DNA from: an uncultured SAR86 cluster bacterium
GTDB lineage: Bacteria > Pseudomonadota > Gammaproteobacteria > Magnimaribacterales > D2472
Assembly: GCA_902608115.1 (NCBI GenBank)
Contig: CACLMT010000001.1
Span: 66,484-130,483, forward strand
Direction: 5' to 3'
DNA: 64,000 nucleotides
Shown here: in pieces, positions 1 to 13,307 of the stretch
How positions within the stretch are numbered: the stretch's first letter is position 1
Layout of the letters: every line of letters begins with the position of its first letter
Notes under the pieces: model-generated
The model's database searches: none
Seen by the model: the letters and a program-made list of their open reading frames with translations, nothing else
Told to the model about the DNA's origin: nothing
Translations under genes and position numbers: made by a program

Positions 1-3384
<3,384 letters not shown>

Positions 3385-3414
3385 AGAAATTTTCCTTTAT
3401 AAATAGACATTTGT

Positions 3415-4773
3415 CTACTTTAAAATATCAGTTAAACTATCTTTTAATTTAGCAATTTTAATTCTTTTTTGTTTCATGGTATCTCTATTTCTTACAGTTA
3501 CTGAATTATCATCTAGGCTTTCAAAATCAACGGTAATGCATAAAGGAGTTCCAATCTCGTCATGTCGCCTATAGCTTTTTCCAATATTACCTGAGTTTTC
3601 TAATAAAATTCTTCCAAGACCAAGTTTCTGAAGATCTTTTTTAATTTTTGAAGCCAAACCAACCAAGCCTTGATGATTCTTTTTTAGAGGAATAACTGCG
3701 CCCTTAATTGGAGATAGATGCGGTCTAAGAGCTAAAACAATTCTTGATTTTCCATCTGTTAATTCTTCGGTTTTATAGGCCTCATTAAGAACAGCAAGCA
3801 CACCCCTATCAACTCCCGCAGAGGGCTCTATAACATATGGCACAACCCATTTTTTAGAGTCTGTATCCTGTATGGCAAGCCTTGAATTTGATTTATTGTT
3901 GCTCATGACTTTTGCCTTTATATTAAGCTCCTTTTGATTTTTACTATGAGACCCTAAATCAAAATCTGTTCTATTAGCTATTCCTTCTAGCTCCTCTAAA
4001 CCGTGCGGAAACCTATACATAATATCAACGGTCGCCTTAGAATAATGTGCTAACTCTTTTGAGGGAACGTCATAAAGCTCCATATTTTCTTGTCCCACGC
4101 CCTGTTCTTTCCACCACTTAACTCTTAAGTCAACCCATTTTTTATGCCATTCCTCATCAGACCCAGGATTAACAAAAAACTCAAGCTCCATTTGTTCAAA
4201 CTCTCTAACTCTAAAAATAAAATTTCTTGGCGTTATTTCGTTTCTAAAAGCTTTACCAATTTGAGCAATACCAAAAGGTAAATTTTTCGAAGTGGAATCT
4301 ATGACATTTTTAAAGTTTGTAAATATCTGTTGAGCAGTTTCTGGCCTCAAATAAGCAAAAGACTCCTTGTCTTCAACAGGCCCCACAGCAGTCTTAAACA
4401 TTAAATTAAAAGGTCTGGGTTCTGTTAAATCATCAGAACCACAAGAAGGGCAGTTAGATGATTTTAACTGGTCTGCTTTCCATCTAGCCTTACAATTTTT
4501 ACAGTCAATTAACGGGTCTGTAAACGTGTCTTGGTGCCCAGAAAATTTAAGAACGCTAGGTTTTGTTAGTATTGATGCGTCTAAGCCCTCAACATCATCT
4601 CTATCAAAAACCATTGACCTCCACCAGGACTGCTTAAGGTTATTTTTCAGTTCTACGCCTAAAGGCCCATAATCATATAGACCCTGCAAGCCACCATAAA
4701 TCTCATTTGATTGAAAAATAAACCCTCTACGCTTACATAGCGCAACGAGCTCTTCCATGGTTTTTGCAGTCAA
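3415..4773 (-). CDS. glyQS: Glycine--tRNA ligase, single-chain homodimeric (alpha2, GlyQS) type
   Basis: 452 aa. N-terminus [34 protein letters not shown], class II motifs ([25 protein letters not shown]; EPSAGVDRG), a CxxC..CxxC insertion, and a C-terminal anticodon-binding domain. Confidence 0.92.
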   Translation of the reverse strand: MTAKTMEELVALCKRRGFIFQSNEIYGGLQGLYDYGPLGVELKNNLKQSWWRSMVFDRDDVEGLDASILTKPSVLKFSGHQDTFTDPLIDCKNCKARWKADQLKSSNCPSCGSDDLTEPRPFNLMFKTAVGPVEDKESFAYLRPETAQQIFTNFKNVIDSTSKNLPFGIAQIGKAFRNEITPRNFIFRVREFEQMELEFFVNPGSDEEWHKKWVDLRVKWWKEQGVGQENMELYDVPSKELAHYSKATVDIMYRFPHGLEELEGIANRTDFDLGSHSKNQKELNIKAKVMSNNKSNSRLAIQDTDSKKWVVPYVIEPSAGVDRGVLAVLNEAYKTEELTDGKSRIVLALRPHLSPIKGAVIPLKKNHQGLVGLASKIKKDLQKLGLGRILLENSGNIGKSYRRHDEIGTPLCITVDFESLDDNSVTVRNRDTMKQKRIKIAKLKDSLTDILK

Positions 4774-4906
4774 GTTATGCCTTTTTATTATGTTTAGAAC
4801 CTATATTATGCAGCTTTTTCAAACCAATCTATAGGTTTTTATTCAACTCTTGGATGATATACCTATAAAATACAAATCTAAGGCTCAAATTATTATTTTT
4901 GTTTAA

Positions 4907-5770
4907 ATGAAGCTTATTTTTTATTTTTTTAGCATATACCCACTTAAAATAGGATTTTTCCTTTGTAATTTGCTTTTTAAGCTAATTCCCAACTTTTTAC
5001 TAAAGACTTTAGTACCATTTAAAACTACCAAAAAAAACATTGAGATTGCCTTTCCAGATCTTACCGACATTGAGACGTTTAATCTTTCAAAGGAAAGTTA
5101 TAAAGAAACCATTAAAAGTTTTTACGAAACGCTTTTTGTTTGGTCTCGAAATGAAGCCAAAATCATCGAAGAGACAAAACGAATTAATAATAGGTTTCTT
5201 TTTAGTTCGGCTGAGAATTCTAATGGCTTAATTGTGTTTGCGGTTCACAATCGAAGTATAGATTTTTTATTAAGATGGATGTCGTCGCAAAGACAACACA
5301 CATCGCTATATAAAGTAATTAAATTTAAAAAGATTAATAAATTTGTTAAAAATTTTAGAGAGGAGGGTGGAAATACAATGGTTGAAACCCGGATAGGAGG
5401 AGTTAAGTCTATTATGTCTGCATTAAAGAATAATCAAATGACCTGCATGGCTTCTGACCAGGTTCCGGCTGACGGGCTTGGAAAATATTCAACATTTTTT
5501 GGCCATGAATGTTTTTCTTTTTCTTTGGCTCCTTCGTTGGCAAGAAAAACGAACAAACCAATCCTTATGGCTCACTTAACTTATAATGAGGGCCTTGGTC
5601 ATGTTATGAGCTTTAAAAAACCAAATAAAAAAATATATGATGAAAATGGAGTTGATATTATGAACAACGAAATGGAAACAGAAATACGCAAGTCACCGAA
5701 GGAATATTCTTGGGAATATAAAAAGTTTAGAAAGCTGCCTGATGGCCCCAAAGATCTTTATAAAGGCTAG
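4907..5770 (+). CDS. lpxL: Lipid A biosynthesis lauroyl/myristoyl acyltransferase family protein (LpxL/HtrB-like)
   Basis: N-terminal membrane anchor, HNRSID (HX4D) block, and later ASDQVP and FFGHE blocks typical of late lipid A acyltransferases. Same position as htrB-like PA0011 in Pseudomonas. Confidence 0.75.
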   Translation: MKLIFYFFSIYPLKIGFFLCNLLFKLIPNFLLKTLVPFKTTKKNIEIAFPDLTDIETFNLSKESYKETIKSFYETLFVWSRNEAKIIEETKRINNRFLFSSAENSNGLIVFAVHNRSIDFLLRWMSSQRQHTSLYKVIKFKKINKFVKNFREEGGNTMVETRIGGVKSIMSALKNNQMTCMASDQVPADGLGKYSTFFGHECFSFSLAPSLARKTNKPILMAHLTYNEGLGHVMSFKKPNKKIYDENGVDIMNNEMETEIRKSPKEYSWEYKKFRKLPDGPKDLYKG

Positions 5771-7212
5771 CGATTCCAAAACGCAGGAGTAAACAAAACT
5801 AATAAAGTAAAGATTTCTAATCTCCCCAAAATCATTGCAAAGCATAGAATTAATTTCCCTAAATCACTGACTTCTAAATAGTTTCTTGAAACTTCGCCCA
5901 ACCCCGGACCGAGATTATTGAGCGTGGCACCAACAGCTGAAAAGGATGACTCAAAGTTTAACCCCGTACCAAGCATCGCTAAAAGTAAAAACATGAAAAT
6001 AAAAACATAGATTGAAAAAAATCCCCAAACCCTTTCGGCGATTTTTGCATCAATTACTTTAGCTCCAATCTTTGAGCTAAAGACTGCATTGGGGTGAATG
6101 GTTTTAAGAATTTCTTTATAAGCTTGGTTCATCATTATTAAAACACGCCACGCCTTTATGCCTCCTCCAACAGACTGAGAGCACGCCCCCATAAAGGCTC
6201 CAACCAATAATAAATATGGAAGAAAACCAGGCCATAATGAAAAGTTTTCTGTAGTAAAACCAGAGGTCGTTACGATAGAAACGGTATGGAAAATAGCAGA
6301 TTCTAAAGCTAAATAAACATCAGCATATGAGTTACTTAAGTATAAAAATATAAAAACAATAGTGCTTATAATAAAAACAACAGATAAAAAGAATCTAAAC
6401 TCAGAATCATAAATATATTTAAGAGGCTTTCCACCAAAAATTGCCGAATAATGGACGGCAAAAGATGCGGCAGACAGCAACATAAATACAATACATATAG
6501 TTTCCACAAACCCATTATTAAAAAAACCAATGTTTTCATCGTGGGTAGAAAAACCACCGCCAGCAACAGTGCTAAGGCTATGTGAAATTGCATCAAAAAC
6601 TCCCATCCCAGCAATCAAATAAAGCATGCAACATGCCAACGTAAGGCCAACATAAATTTTCCATAGTGCCTTTGCGCTATCTGCAATCCTTGGGGTTAGT
6701 TTTTGGTTTACATGGCTTCCTGGTAATTCCATTTTGTAAAGCTGTCCACCCCCAATTCCAAAAGCCGGCATGACAGCCACAGCTAAAATTATTAAACCCA
6801 TTCCACCCATCCATTGAAGCAATTGTCTATATAACAAAATAGACTTTGGCATATCATCAAGACCAACTATTGTTGTTGCTCCAGTTGTAGTAATTCCAGA
6901 AACTGACTCAAAAAGAGCTGAGATAATATCTAGACCAAAAAAATTAAATGGCAAAGATCCTGCTATGGCTAAAACAATCCAAAACAAAGTTGTAACAACA
7001 AAGCCATCAGAAATATTAAGAGTAAGTTTTTTTTGTTTTGTAAAAAACCATATTATGCCTCCCAGAAAAAACAAGAACAAAAAGGGATAGAAAAAAGCCT
7101 CATAATTACTTTCATTAAATATTATCGTTATTAGAATTGGCGGCAGAAAGGAAAGGCTAAATACAACCAACAATATTCCAATTAAATTGAATATAGATTT
7201 AAAGTTCATCAA
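5767..7212 (-). CDS. trkH: Trk-type K+ uptake permease TrkH
   Basis: 481-aa polytopic membrane protein with four P-loop-like glycine motifs (SGITTTGAT, TVAGGGFS, VTTSGFT, NNLGPGLG). Overlaps trkA by 4 nt. Confidence 0.92.
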   Translation of the reverse strand: MMNFKSIFNLIGILLVVFSLSFLPPILITIIFNESNYEAFFYPFLFLFFLGGIIWFFTKQKKLTLNISDGFVVTTLFWIVLAIAGSLPFNFFGLDIISALFESVSGITTTGATTIVGLDDMPKSILLYRQLLQWMGGMGLIILAVAVMPAFGIGGGQLYKMELPGSHVNQKLTPRIADSAKALWKIYVGLTLACCMLYLIAGMGVFDAISHSLSTVAGGGFSTHDENIGFFNNGFVETICIVFMLLSAASFAVHYSAIFGGKPLKYIYDSEFRFFLSVVFIISTIVFIFLYLSNSYADVYLALESAIFHTVSIVTTSGFTTENFSLWPGFLPYLLLVGAFMGACSQSVGGGIKAWRVLIMMNQAYKEILKTIHPNAVFSSKIGAKVIDAKIAERVWGFFSIYVFIFMFLLLAMLGTGLNFESSFSAVGATLNNLGPGLGEVSRNYLEVSDLGKLILCFAMILGRLEIFTLLVLFTPAFWNR

Positions 7213-8567
7213 TCCTCAACAAATAAATTCTCTATTTTTGTTTTATCTGTTTTTCCAGATACAAATATTATTAGAGAGTCACCTGGCTGGAGTAATAGCT
7301 CTGTTGAATGTAAGTATGTTTTACCACCTCTAATCAAAGCAGCCGTAATGCAATTTTCAGGAAGAGGCAAATTTGAAACAGGCTTATTAAAAAAAGATTC
7401 TGTAAATTTATTCTTATGAATAACTCCCTCAATCACTTCTGCCCCGCTTTCCATTTTTAATATTACTTCCTGGGGAACGTCTGCTTTCGTTAAATGTTGA
7501 AGCACCATTGAGACAGTTAGCCTTTGAGGAGAGAGAGCTATGTCTACAAAGTTTTTAGGCAACACATTTATATAACTATAATTATTTACAATAATTATTG
7601 TTTTTTTAGCCCCAAGTTTCTTTGCTAAAAACGCTGACATTATGTTAGTTTCGTCATCATTAGTTAAGGCGCAAAAAATATCTATATTTTCTATATTTTC
7701 ATTTTTTAAGAGCTCTTCATCAGAACCGCCCCCTTTTAGGACAATTGTCCTGTTTAATTCCCTTGAAAGATATTCACACCTGTCTTGATTAGATTCAATT
7801 ACCTTAATTTTATAATCATTTTCTAAAGACCGAGCCAAGGCAAACCCAATTCTGCCCCCGCCAATTACCATTATTCTAGAAGAAGATTCTTCTTGTAGGC
7901 GCATTTCTTGAACAACCCTATCAATATTAGCCTCTTCCGCTAAGAAGTATATTTCATCATTCTCTTTAATAATTGTTTTTCCATCAGGAATAAATGGCTT
8001 ATTTTTTCTATATATTGCAGGAACAAAAGTTTCCGTATCCGGCATGTCGCTTTTTATGCTTTTAAGCTCTCTATTAACTAACATGCCATCTTTTTTTGCT
8101 TTAACAGATACTACTTTTAGTGCGCCATTTGCAAAGCTCTCAATCTGGTCAGCGCCAGGATGCTTTATTAAATCAATAAGATGATTGGTTACCTCATTTT
8201 CTGGCCCAATGGCTATGTCTATGTTCCCATCTCCAAATGCGTCAAGAGAATCAAGATAGGATGAGCCTGATAGCCTGCATATTGTTTTTTGAACTTTAAA
8301 TTTTATTTTTGCTATTTGGCAAGCGGCTAAATTACATTCATCGCTGCTTGTTACAGCAAGCAATATTGTATCTGAATCTGCCCCAGCTTTTTGAAGGGTT
8401 TTTGGATAAGAGGCATGACCAATAACGGTTGCTAAATCAAACTCTTCTTGAAGTTTAGTAAGCTTATCTTTGTTTATATCAACTATATTAACTTCATGGT
8501 TTTCTTTAGAAAGCGTGGTAGCAAGACTGCTTCCCACCCTTCCAGCACCAAGTATTAAAACTTTCAT
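7209..8567 (-). CDS. trkA: Trk system NAD-binding peripheral subunit TrkA
   Basis: Duplicated Rossmann/RCK architecture (ILGAGRVGSSLA and VIGGGRIGFALA), 452 aa, operonic with trkH. Confidence 0.93.
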   Translation of the reverse strand: MKVLILGAGRVGSSLATTLSKENHEVNIVDINKDKLTKLQEEFDLATVIGHASYPKTLQKAGADSDTILLAVTSSDECNLAACQIAKIKFKVQKTICRLSGSSYLDSLDAFGDGNIDIAIGPENEVTNHLIDLIKHPGADQIESFANGALKVVSVKAKKDGMLVNRELKSIKSDMPDTETFVPAIYRKNKPFIPDGKTIIKENDEIYFLAEEANIDRVVQEMRLQEESSSRIMVIGGGRIGFALARSLENDYKIKVIESNQDRCEYLSRELNRTIVLKGGGSDEELLKNENIENIDIFCALTNDDETNIMSAFLAKKLGAKKTIIIVNNYSYINVLPKNFVDIALSPQRLTVSMVLQHLTKADVPQEVILKMESGAEVIEGVIHKNKFTESFFNKPVSNLPLPENCITAALIRGGKTYLHSTELLLQPGDSLIIFVSGKTDKTKIENLFVED

Positions 8568-8622
8568 AGGTATAAATTAAACCTCTTTTAAATTAATTGG
8601 AAGAATTGCTTTAATTTAATTA

Positions 8623-9540
8623 TTATTTAAAAAATTCTGCATACGAGTTTATTGCGTCTTTTGAAGAGATTATCTGTTTACCTGGAAATTGTAAGTGAGT
8701 GATTACTATTGGCTTATCCTTTGTTTTAAAAGCAAGACCACTAGGTAATAATTTTATATCTTTTGAAAATTTAATATTAGAAAATTTATCCAATGGCTCT
8801 ATTCCATGAATTTTAATCGCTATATTATTCCGTTCAAAAAATATACCCGGCCACCCATAAAAAGCATTAAATTTTTTTATAATGGATTCAGATGTTTCTT
8901 TAGTAAACTCCACCCTGCCTGAGAGTTTAGTAATTTTACTGCAATACTGAACCTGCTTTTGGTCTTGTTCTTTAGGGATTAATTTTTTATTAAATATATT
9001 TTTTAGATCATTTTCTATAATAACTATACTTTTTTTTGTTAGTTTTTCTTCTAAGGTTTTTTTATTATCATTTACTTCTATTGGAACACTATATTTTGAA
9101 TATATTGGACCCTCATCCATTCTTTCTGTCATTTTCATAACCGTAACCCCAGAGTTAATATCTCCATTTAAAATGGCGGCCTGAATAGGAGAGGCTCCCC
9201 TATATTTTGGCAGTAACGAGAAGTGGATATTAACGGGGGCCACATAAGGCAGCTCAAGCAACCAAAGAGGCAAGATCTTTCCATAAGCCGCGACCAACAA
9301 GAAATCAAATTTTATCTTTGATATTATCTTTTTAAAGTCCTCATCAATGTTTAAGGGCCTATATAATTTAAGATTTAATTCTATAGCTGCTGCTGAAACA
9401 TTAGAAGGCTCGACCTGCTTATTTCTTTTAGATCTTTTATCTGGTTGGCTTATTACGCCAACAACATCTAAGGATGACTCATTCAGGGCCCTTAGTATAT
9501 TAGCTGATGGCTTAGGAGAGCCGGCAAATAAAACCTTCAT
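8623..9540 (-). CDS. fmt: Methionyl-tRNA formyltransferase
   Basis: MKVLFAGSP.., HFSLLPKYRGASPIQAAI formyltransferase core. Lies downstream of def. Confidence 0.93.
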   Translation of the reverse strand: MKVLFAGSPKPSANILRALNESSLDVVGVISQPDKRSKRNKQVEPSNVSAAAIELNLKLYRPLNIDEDFKKIISKIKFDFLLVAAYGKILPLWLLELPYVAPVNIHFSLLPKYRGASPIQAAILNGDINSGVTVMKMTERMDEGPIYSKYSVPIEVNDNKKTLEEKLTKKSIVIIENDLKNIFNKKLIPKEQDQKQVQYCSKITKLSGRVEFTKETSESIIKKFNAFYGWPGIFFERNNIAIKIHGIEPLDKFSNIKFSKDIKLLPSGLAFKTKDKPIVITHLQFPGKQIISSKDAINSYAEFFK

Positions 9541-9587
9541 AAATTAATAAATTCCTTTAAAATCGCTTAACTTCTTTAAAAATACAC

Positions 9588-10079
9588 CTATTTGTTTGCT
9601 TTTTTACGAATTCTATCTCTTTTTAGCGGTGAAAGGTAATCTACCATTAACTTTCCTTCTAAATGATCAATTTCATGCTGAATGCACACAGTTAGAAGAC
9701 CAGAAGGCGTTTCCTCATATATATTTCCATGAATGTCTTGCCAAGTAAGATAAATATTATCAGGCCTTGTAATTTCTTCTTCAATACCCGGAACAGAAAG
9801 GCACCCCTCTTTACAAGAAAGTAAACTTTTGTCGTTTAAAATTTTAAATTCTGGATTTATAAATATCATAGGATCCCCTTTATCCTCTGAAATATCAATA
9901 ACTATAACCCTCTTATGAACATTTACTTGAGAGGCCGCAAGACCGATCCCCCCTCCCTCGTACATTGTTTGTAGCATATCAGATACTAATTTTTCTAAAC
10001 TTTTGTCGAATTTTGTTACGGGGCTCGCAACCTTTCTAAGTCTGGGGTCCGGAAAAGTTAAAATTCTTAATTTAGCCAT
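9588..10079 (-). CDS. def: Peptide deformylase
   Basis: Motifs GIGLAASQ, EGCLSVPG and HEIDHLEG. The ORF track starts at a GTG at 10085; I prefer the ATG at 10079 (MAKLRILTFPDPRLRK), which matches the usual Def N-terminus. Confidence 0.9.
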   Translation of the reverse strand: MAKLRILTFPDPRLRKVASPVTKFDKSLEKLVSDMLQTMYEGGGIGLAASQVNVHKRVIVIDISEDKGDPMIFINPEFKILNDKSLLSCKEGCLSVPGIEEEITRPDNIYLTWQDIHGNIYEETPSGLLTVCIQHEIDHLEGKLMVDYLSPLKRDRIRKKANK

Positions 10080-10142
10080 ATACACATTATATGATCATTC
10101 TTTATAATCAACACCATAAATTTATATCAAAGGAGTTATTTT

Positions 10143-10637
10143 ATGTCTGGTCAAACCGCTGTTTCTATATTTATGGGCTCAAAGTCAGATTTACCTGTTG
10201 TTCAGTGCGCATCAGACATCCTTAAAGATTTTAATATTAGCCATAATATGTTTATTCTTTCTGCACATAGAACCCCTGAAGAAGTAGTTAAAAAAATAAA
10301 AGAATCTGAAGCTAATGGAGTTAAAGTTTTTATTGCCGCAGCAGGAATGGCGGCCCACCTAGCTGGGGCCATTGCAGCCCAAACAACAAAGCCTGTTCTT
10401 GGAATACCTATAGGCGGAGGAGACCTAGATGGAATAGATTCATTGCTGGCAACCGTCCAAATGCCAAAAGGAGTTCCTGTAGCAACCTTTGCGATTGGTA
10501 AATCTGGTGCCATCAATGCAGCTTTATGTGCGGTTCAGATTTTAGGCACATCAAGTGAAGAAATTTCAGCCCAATTATCTAATTATAAGATTAAAATGCA
10601 TGATGATGTATTGAGCGCAAATAAGTCTATTCAATAA
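10143..10637 (+). CDS. purE: N5-carboxyaminoimidazole ribonucleotide mutase (class I PurE)
   Basis: IFMGSKSD, AAAGMAAHLAGAIAAQTTKPVLGIP (class I-type AAHL motif), 164 aa. No purK is adjacent. Confidence 0.92.
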   Translation: MSGQTAVSIFMGSKSDLPVVQCASDILKDFNISHNMFILSAHRTPEEVVKKIKESEANGVKVFIAAAGMAAHLAGAIAAQTTKPVLGIPIGGGDLDGIDSLLATVQMPKGVPVATFAIGKSGAINAALCAVQILGTSSEEISAQLSNYKIKMHDDVLSANKSIQ

Positions 10638-10643
10638 TTTAAT

Positions 10644-11201
10644 TTGAACGAATTTTCAGATCCCAAAGAAGCATCTAGCTGGTTAAAAAGAGGAAAAATT
10701 TTAATTCATCCTACCGAAGGGGTTTGGGGTTTAGGATGCGATGCATTTAATCTAAAAGCCTGTCAAAAAATTAATTCATTAAAAAAAAGAGAGAACCAAA
10801 AAAACTTCATAATTTTAGTTCCAACGATATCAGCAGCTTTAAAATGTTTTGAGCCTATATCAGATGAGCAAGGCATTTTTTTAAACAAGATTTGGCCGGG
10901 TCATACAACCGTGATACATCATGCAAGCAAAGAGATACCATCAACACTAAAAGCTTTAGATAATACTATTGCAGTAAGAGTAAGTAATCACTTATCTCTT
11001 TTAAATTTACTTACCACAACAAATAAGCCAATGGTTTCTACCTCAGCAAATATTACTAAATTTCCAACCCCTGCTGTGTTGGTTGACGTTATTAAAAATT
11101 TTCATGATCCAGACGTTGCGGTGTATGCTCATAGCAATGGTTCAGCCAAAAAACCTTCAGCAATAGTTAGACTTCAGACCATGGAATATATTCGTGAATA
11201 A
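10644..11201 (+). CDS. tsaC: L-threonylcarbamoyladenylate synthase (TsaC/YrdC/RimN type)
   Basis: HPTEGVWGLGCD, KRENQKNFIIL and STSAN motifs, 185 aa, TTG start. Confidence 0.88.
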   Translation: MNEFSDPKEASSWLKRGKILIHPTEGVWGLGCDAFNLKACQKINSLKKRENQKNFIILVPTISAALKCFEPISDEQGIFLNKIWPGHTTVIHHASKEIPSTLKALDNTIAVRVSNHLSLLNLLTTTNKPMVSTSANITKFPTPAVLVDVIKNFHDPDVAVYAHSNGSAKKPSAIVRLQTMEYIRE

Positions 11202-12120
11202 ATTAGATATTACAAACCTCAAAGCCCTTGAAAATAAGTTTCGTAATATTCAAAAAAATATTGCTAAGAGTCTTTTTAAATTAAACAGAAAACATCCAAA
11301 CACAATTTCTAAAAACTGGAAAAGAAAAGAGGGAGGAGGAGGAAAATCAATTTCTATTTCTGGAGACGTCATAGAAAAAGCAGCTGTCAATTTTTCTTCA
11401 ATATCAGGGACAAACCTACCAGGCTCTTCGATTTCATCAAAAATACAAACTAAAAATTTATCTAGGTTTCATGCCATCGGAGTTTCGGTAATTTCTCATC
11501 CCTCAAACCCATTTTGTCCAACCAGCCATATGAATGTACGTATATTTTTTGTGTTAGGAAAAAATAATAAAATTAAAGACTGGTGGATCGGCGGGGGGTT
11601 TGATTTGACCCCTTATTTTTCAACCAATAAAGAGAATGCTTTTTGGCATAATCAAGCTAAAGCCATGTTAGAGAAATTTAATAAAAACTACTATAAAAAG
11701 TTTGCAAAGGAATGTGATGAATACTTTTATCTTCCACACAGAAATGAAAACAGAGGTATTGGAGGCGTCTTTTTTGATCAGTTACAGCATGGGGATATAG
11801 AAAATAGCCTAAAGCTTATTCAAGAAGTAGCGAATTGTTTTATTGGTTCTTATTTAGATATTGTTAATAATAGTAAAAATAAATCTTTTTCAATTACTGA
11901 TAAAGATTTTCAGCTTTACAGAAGAGGTAGATATGTTGAATTTAACTTATTGTTTGACAGGGGAACAAAATTTGGAATAGAGTCCAACGGAAGAGCTGAT
12001 TCAATTTTAGCTTCTTTGCCCCCAACTGTGACATGGCCAAACAAACTATCGCCAGCATTAAAGGCAAAGGAAAAAAAGCTACTAAAATTTTTAGGTAAAA
12101 ACTGGGACGAACATATATAA
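11194..12120 (+). CDS. hemF: Oxygen-dependent coproporphyrinogen III oxidase
   Basis: EGGGGKS, HPSNPFCPTSHMNVR, RGIGGVFFD and GRYVEFNLLFDRGTKFG motifs. GTG start overlapping tsaC by 8 nt. Confidence 0.93.
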   Translation: MNKLDITNLKALENKFRNIQKNIAKSLFKLNRKHPNTISKNWKRKEGGGGKSISISGDVIEKAAVNFSSISGTNLPGSSISSKIQTKNLSRFHAIGVSVISHPSNPFCPTSHMNVRIFFVLGKNNKIKDWWIGGGFDLTPYFSTNKENAFWHNQAKAMLEKFNKNYYKKFAKECDEYFYLPHRNENRGIGGVFFDQLQHGDIENSLKLIQEVANCFIGSYLDIVNNSKNKSFSITDKDFQLYRRGRYVEFNLLFDRGTKFGIESNGRADSILASLPPTVTWPNKLSPALKAKEKKLLKFLGKNWDEHI

Positions 12121-12123
12121 ATT

Positions 12124-12984
12124 ATGAGAGATTATAAATTAGGCGTAATTGGCGACCCCATTGACCATTCTCTATCACCAAAAATACACAATCTTTTTGC
12201 CAAGGAAACAGAAATAACAATCGACTATCAACCCTACCATGTGTTGCCAGAAAATCTTGATAGTTTTATTAAAGATTTTTTTATTAATGGAGGAGATGGC
12301 TTGAATGTTACTTTGCCCCATAAAATTAATTGTCTTCGTTCGGCACGGGACCTCTCACCCCTTGTAAAGCTTATTGGCGCCGCAAATACCTTAACATATA
12401 GCAGAAGCTCAGAAGAAATTGTGGCAGAGTCAACAGATGGAGAAGGTTTGCTGGGGGATCTTATAGATAAATTTAAACTTTTTTCAAAGAATGAAACTAA
12501 TGTTTTAATTTTAGGAGCAGGTGGTGCTGCTTTAAGTATTATCCCTAGCATCGAATACGCTTCTTTAGGAGATATAATTTTAGATAATCGTTCTCAAGAA
12601 AAAATTCAATCACTAATTAATAGATTTGATAATGATGATAAGTCTAACTATGGTTTTCCCTCAAAAAAAATCTCCCATAGACTTTACAATATAGATAATT
12701 TTGATCGTGATATTGACTTGGTAATTAATGCAACATCTGCTGGTTTTTCTGGCCCATTTAAATGGCATAGAGAATTAAATGTAAACAGTAAAACAGCTTT
12801 TTATGATCTTAGTTATAGCAGCAGCGAAGAGAAAACGCCTTTTCTTGAATGGGCTAGTCAATACTCTGATAATTATTATGATGGCTTTGGAATGTTAATT
12901 AATCAGGCGGCACTATCCTTTACGCTTTGGACTGGAAGCTCGCCAGATACCGAAATAACCAAAGCTGATTTGTTTAATGACTAA
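12124..12984 (+). CDS. aroE: Shikimate 5-dehydrogenase
   Basis: GVIGDPIDHSLSPKIHN, NVTLPHK, ILGAGGAA motifs. The tsaC-hemF-aroE order is as in Pseudomonas. Confidence 0.9.
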   Translation: MRDYKLGVIGDPIDHSLSPKIHNLFAKETEITIDYQPYHVLPENLDSFIKDFFINGGDGLNVTLPHKINCLRSARDLSPLVKLIGAANTLTYSRSSEEIVAESTDGEGLLGDLIDKFKLFSKNETNVLILGAGGAALSIIPSIEYASLGDIILDNRSQEKIQSLINRFDNDDKSNYGFPSKKISHRLYNIDNFDRDIDLVINATSAGFSGPFKWHRELNVNSKTAFYDLSYSSSEEKTPFLEWASQYSDNYYDGFGMLINQAALSFTLWTGSSPDTEITKADLFND

Positions 12985-13147
12985 AGAATTCATACGTTTT
13001 ATTGCTGGGGCAGTTTGTCCCAATTGTAAAGAAATGGATAAAATTGCAATAACACCTGATGATCAAAAGATTTATTGTATTAGCTGTAACTACAAAGAAA
13101 CAAAACCAAAGGAAGCAAAGAATTTATCTAAAAAAACACGCCTTTAA
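12977..13147 (+). CDS. Small zinc-ribbon protein, YheV/DUF2387-like (56 aa). Not in the supplied ORF track
   Basis: Hand translation: MTKEFIRFIAGAVCPNCKEMDKIAITPDDQKIYCISCNYKETKPKEAKNLSKKTRL. The RFIAGAxCPxC...CxxC pattern matches E. coli YheV as I remember it. The ATG overlaps the aroE stop (ATGACTAA). Confidence 0.65.
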   Translation: MTKEFIRFIAGAVCPNCKEMDKIAITPDDQKIYCISCNYKETKPKEAKNLSKKTRL

Positions 13148-13307
13148 ATTAAAAAAATTATACTTAAAAGCGCTTAAAGAATCGTAGTAAATCAGCTGAA
13201 GAGATTATATAATAACAAGCAATTAATATTAATTTTAGTTATAGTTAATTATATAAATTTTTTATTAAGTATCATAATTAACTTCCATATCATATCGGGA
13301 ACTTTAA

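Noticed and set aside
5040-5231. Same-strand alternative-frame ORFs inside real genes: 5040-5231 in lpxL, 51100-51360 in the acyl-CoA dehydrogenase, 59943-60128 in miaB, and 6366-6614, 39674-39865, 43572-43763 and 58495-58695 on the minus strand.
   Set aside because: They are out-of-frame relative to genes whose products align along their full length to known families. They have basic, low-complexity translations and no independent start context.
10143-10637. purE without an adjacent purK, as a possible sign of a class II (PurK-independent) enzyme.
   Set aside because: The AAHLAG-type motif and overall sequence are class I. purK is most likely just encoded elsewhere. This cannot be judged from the window.
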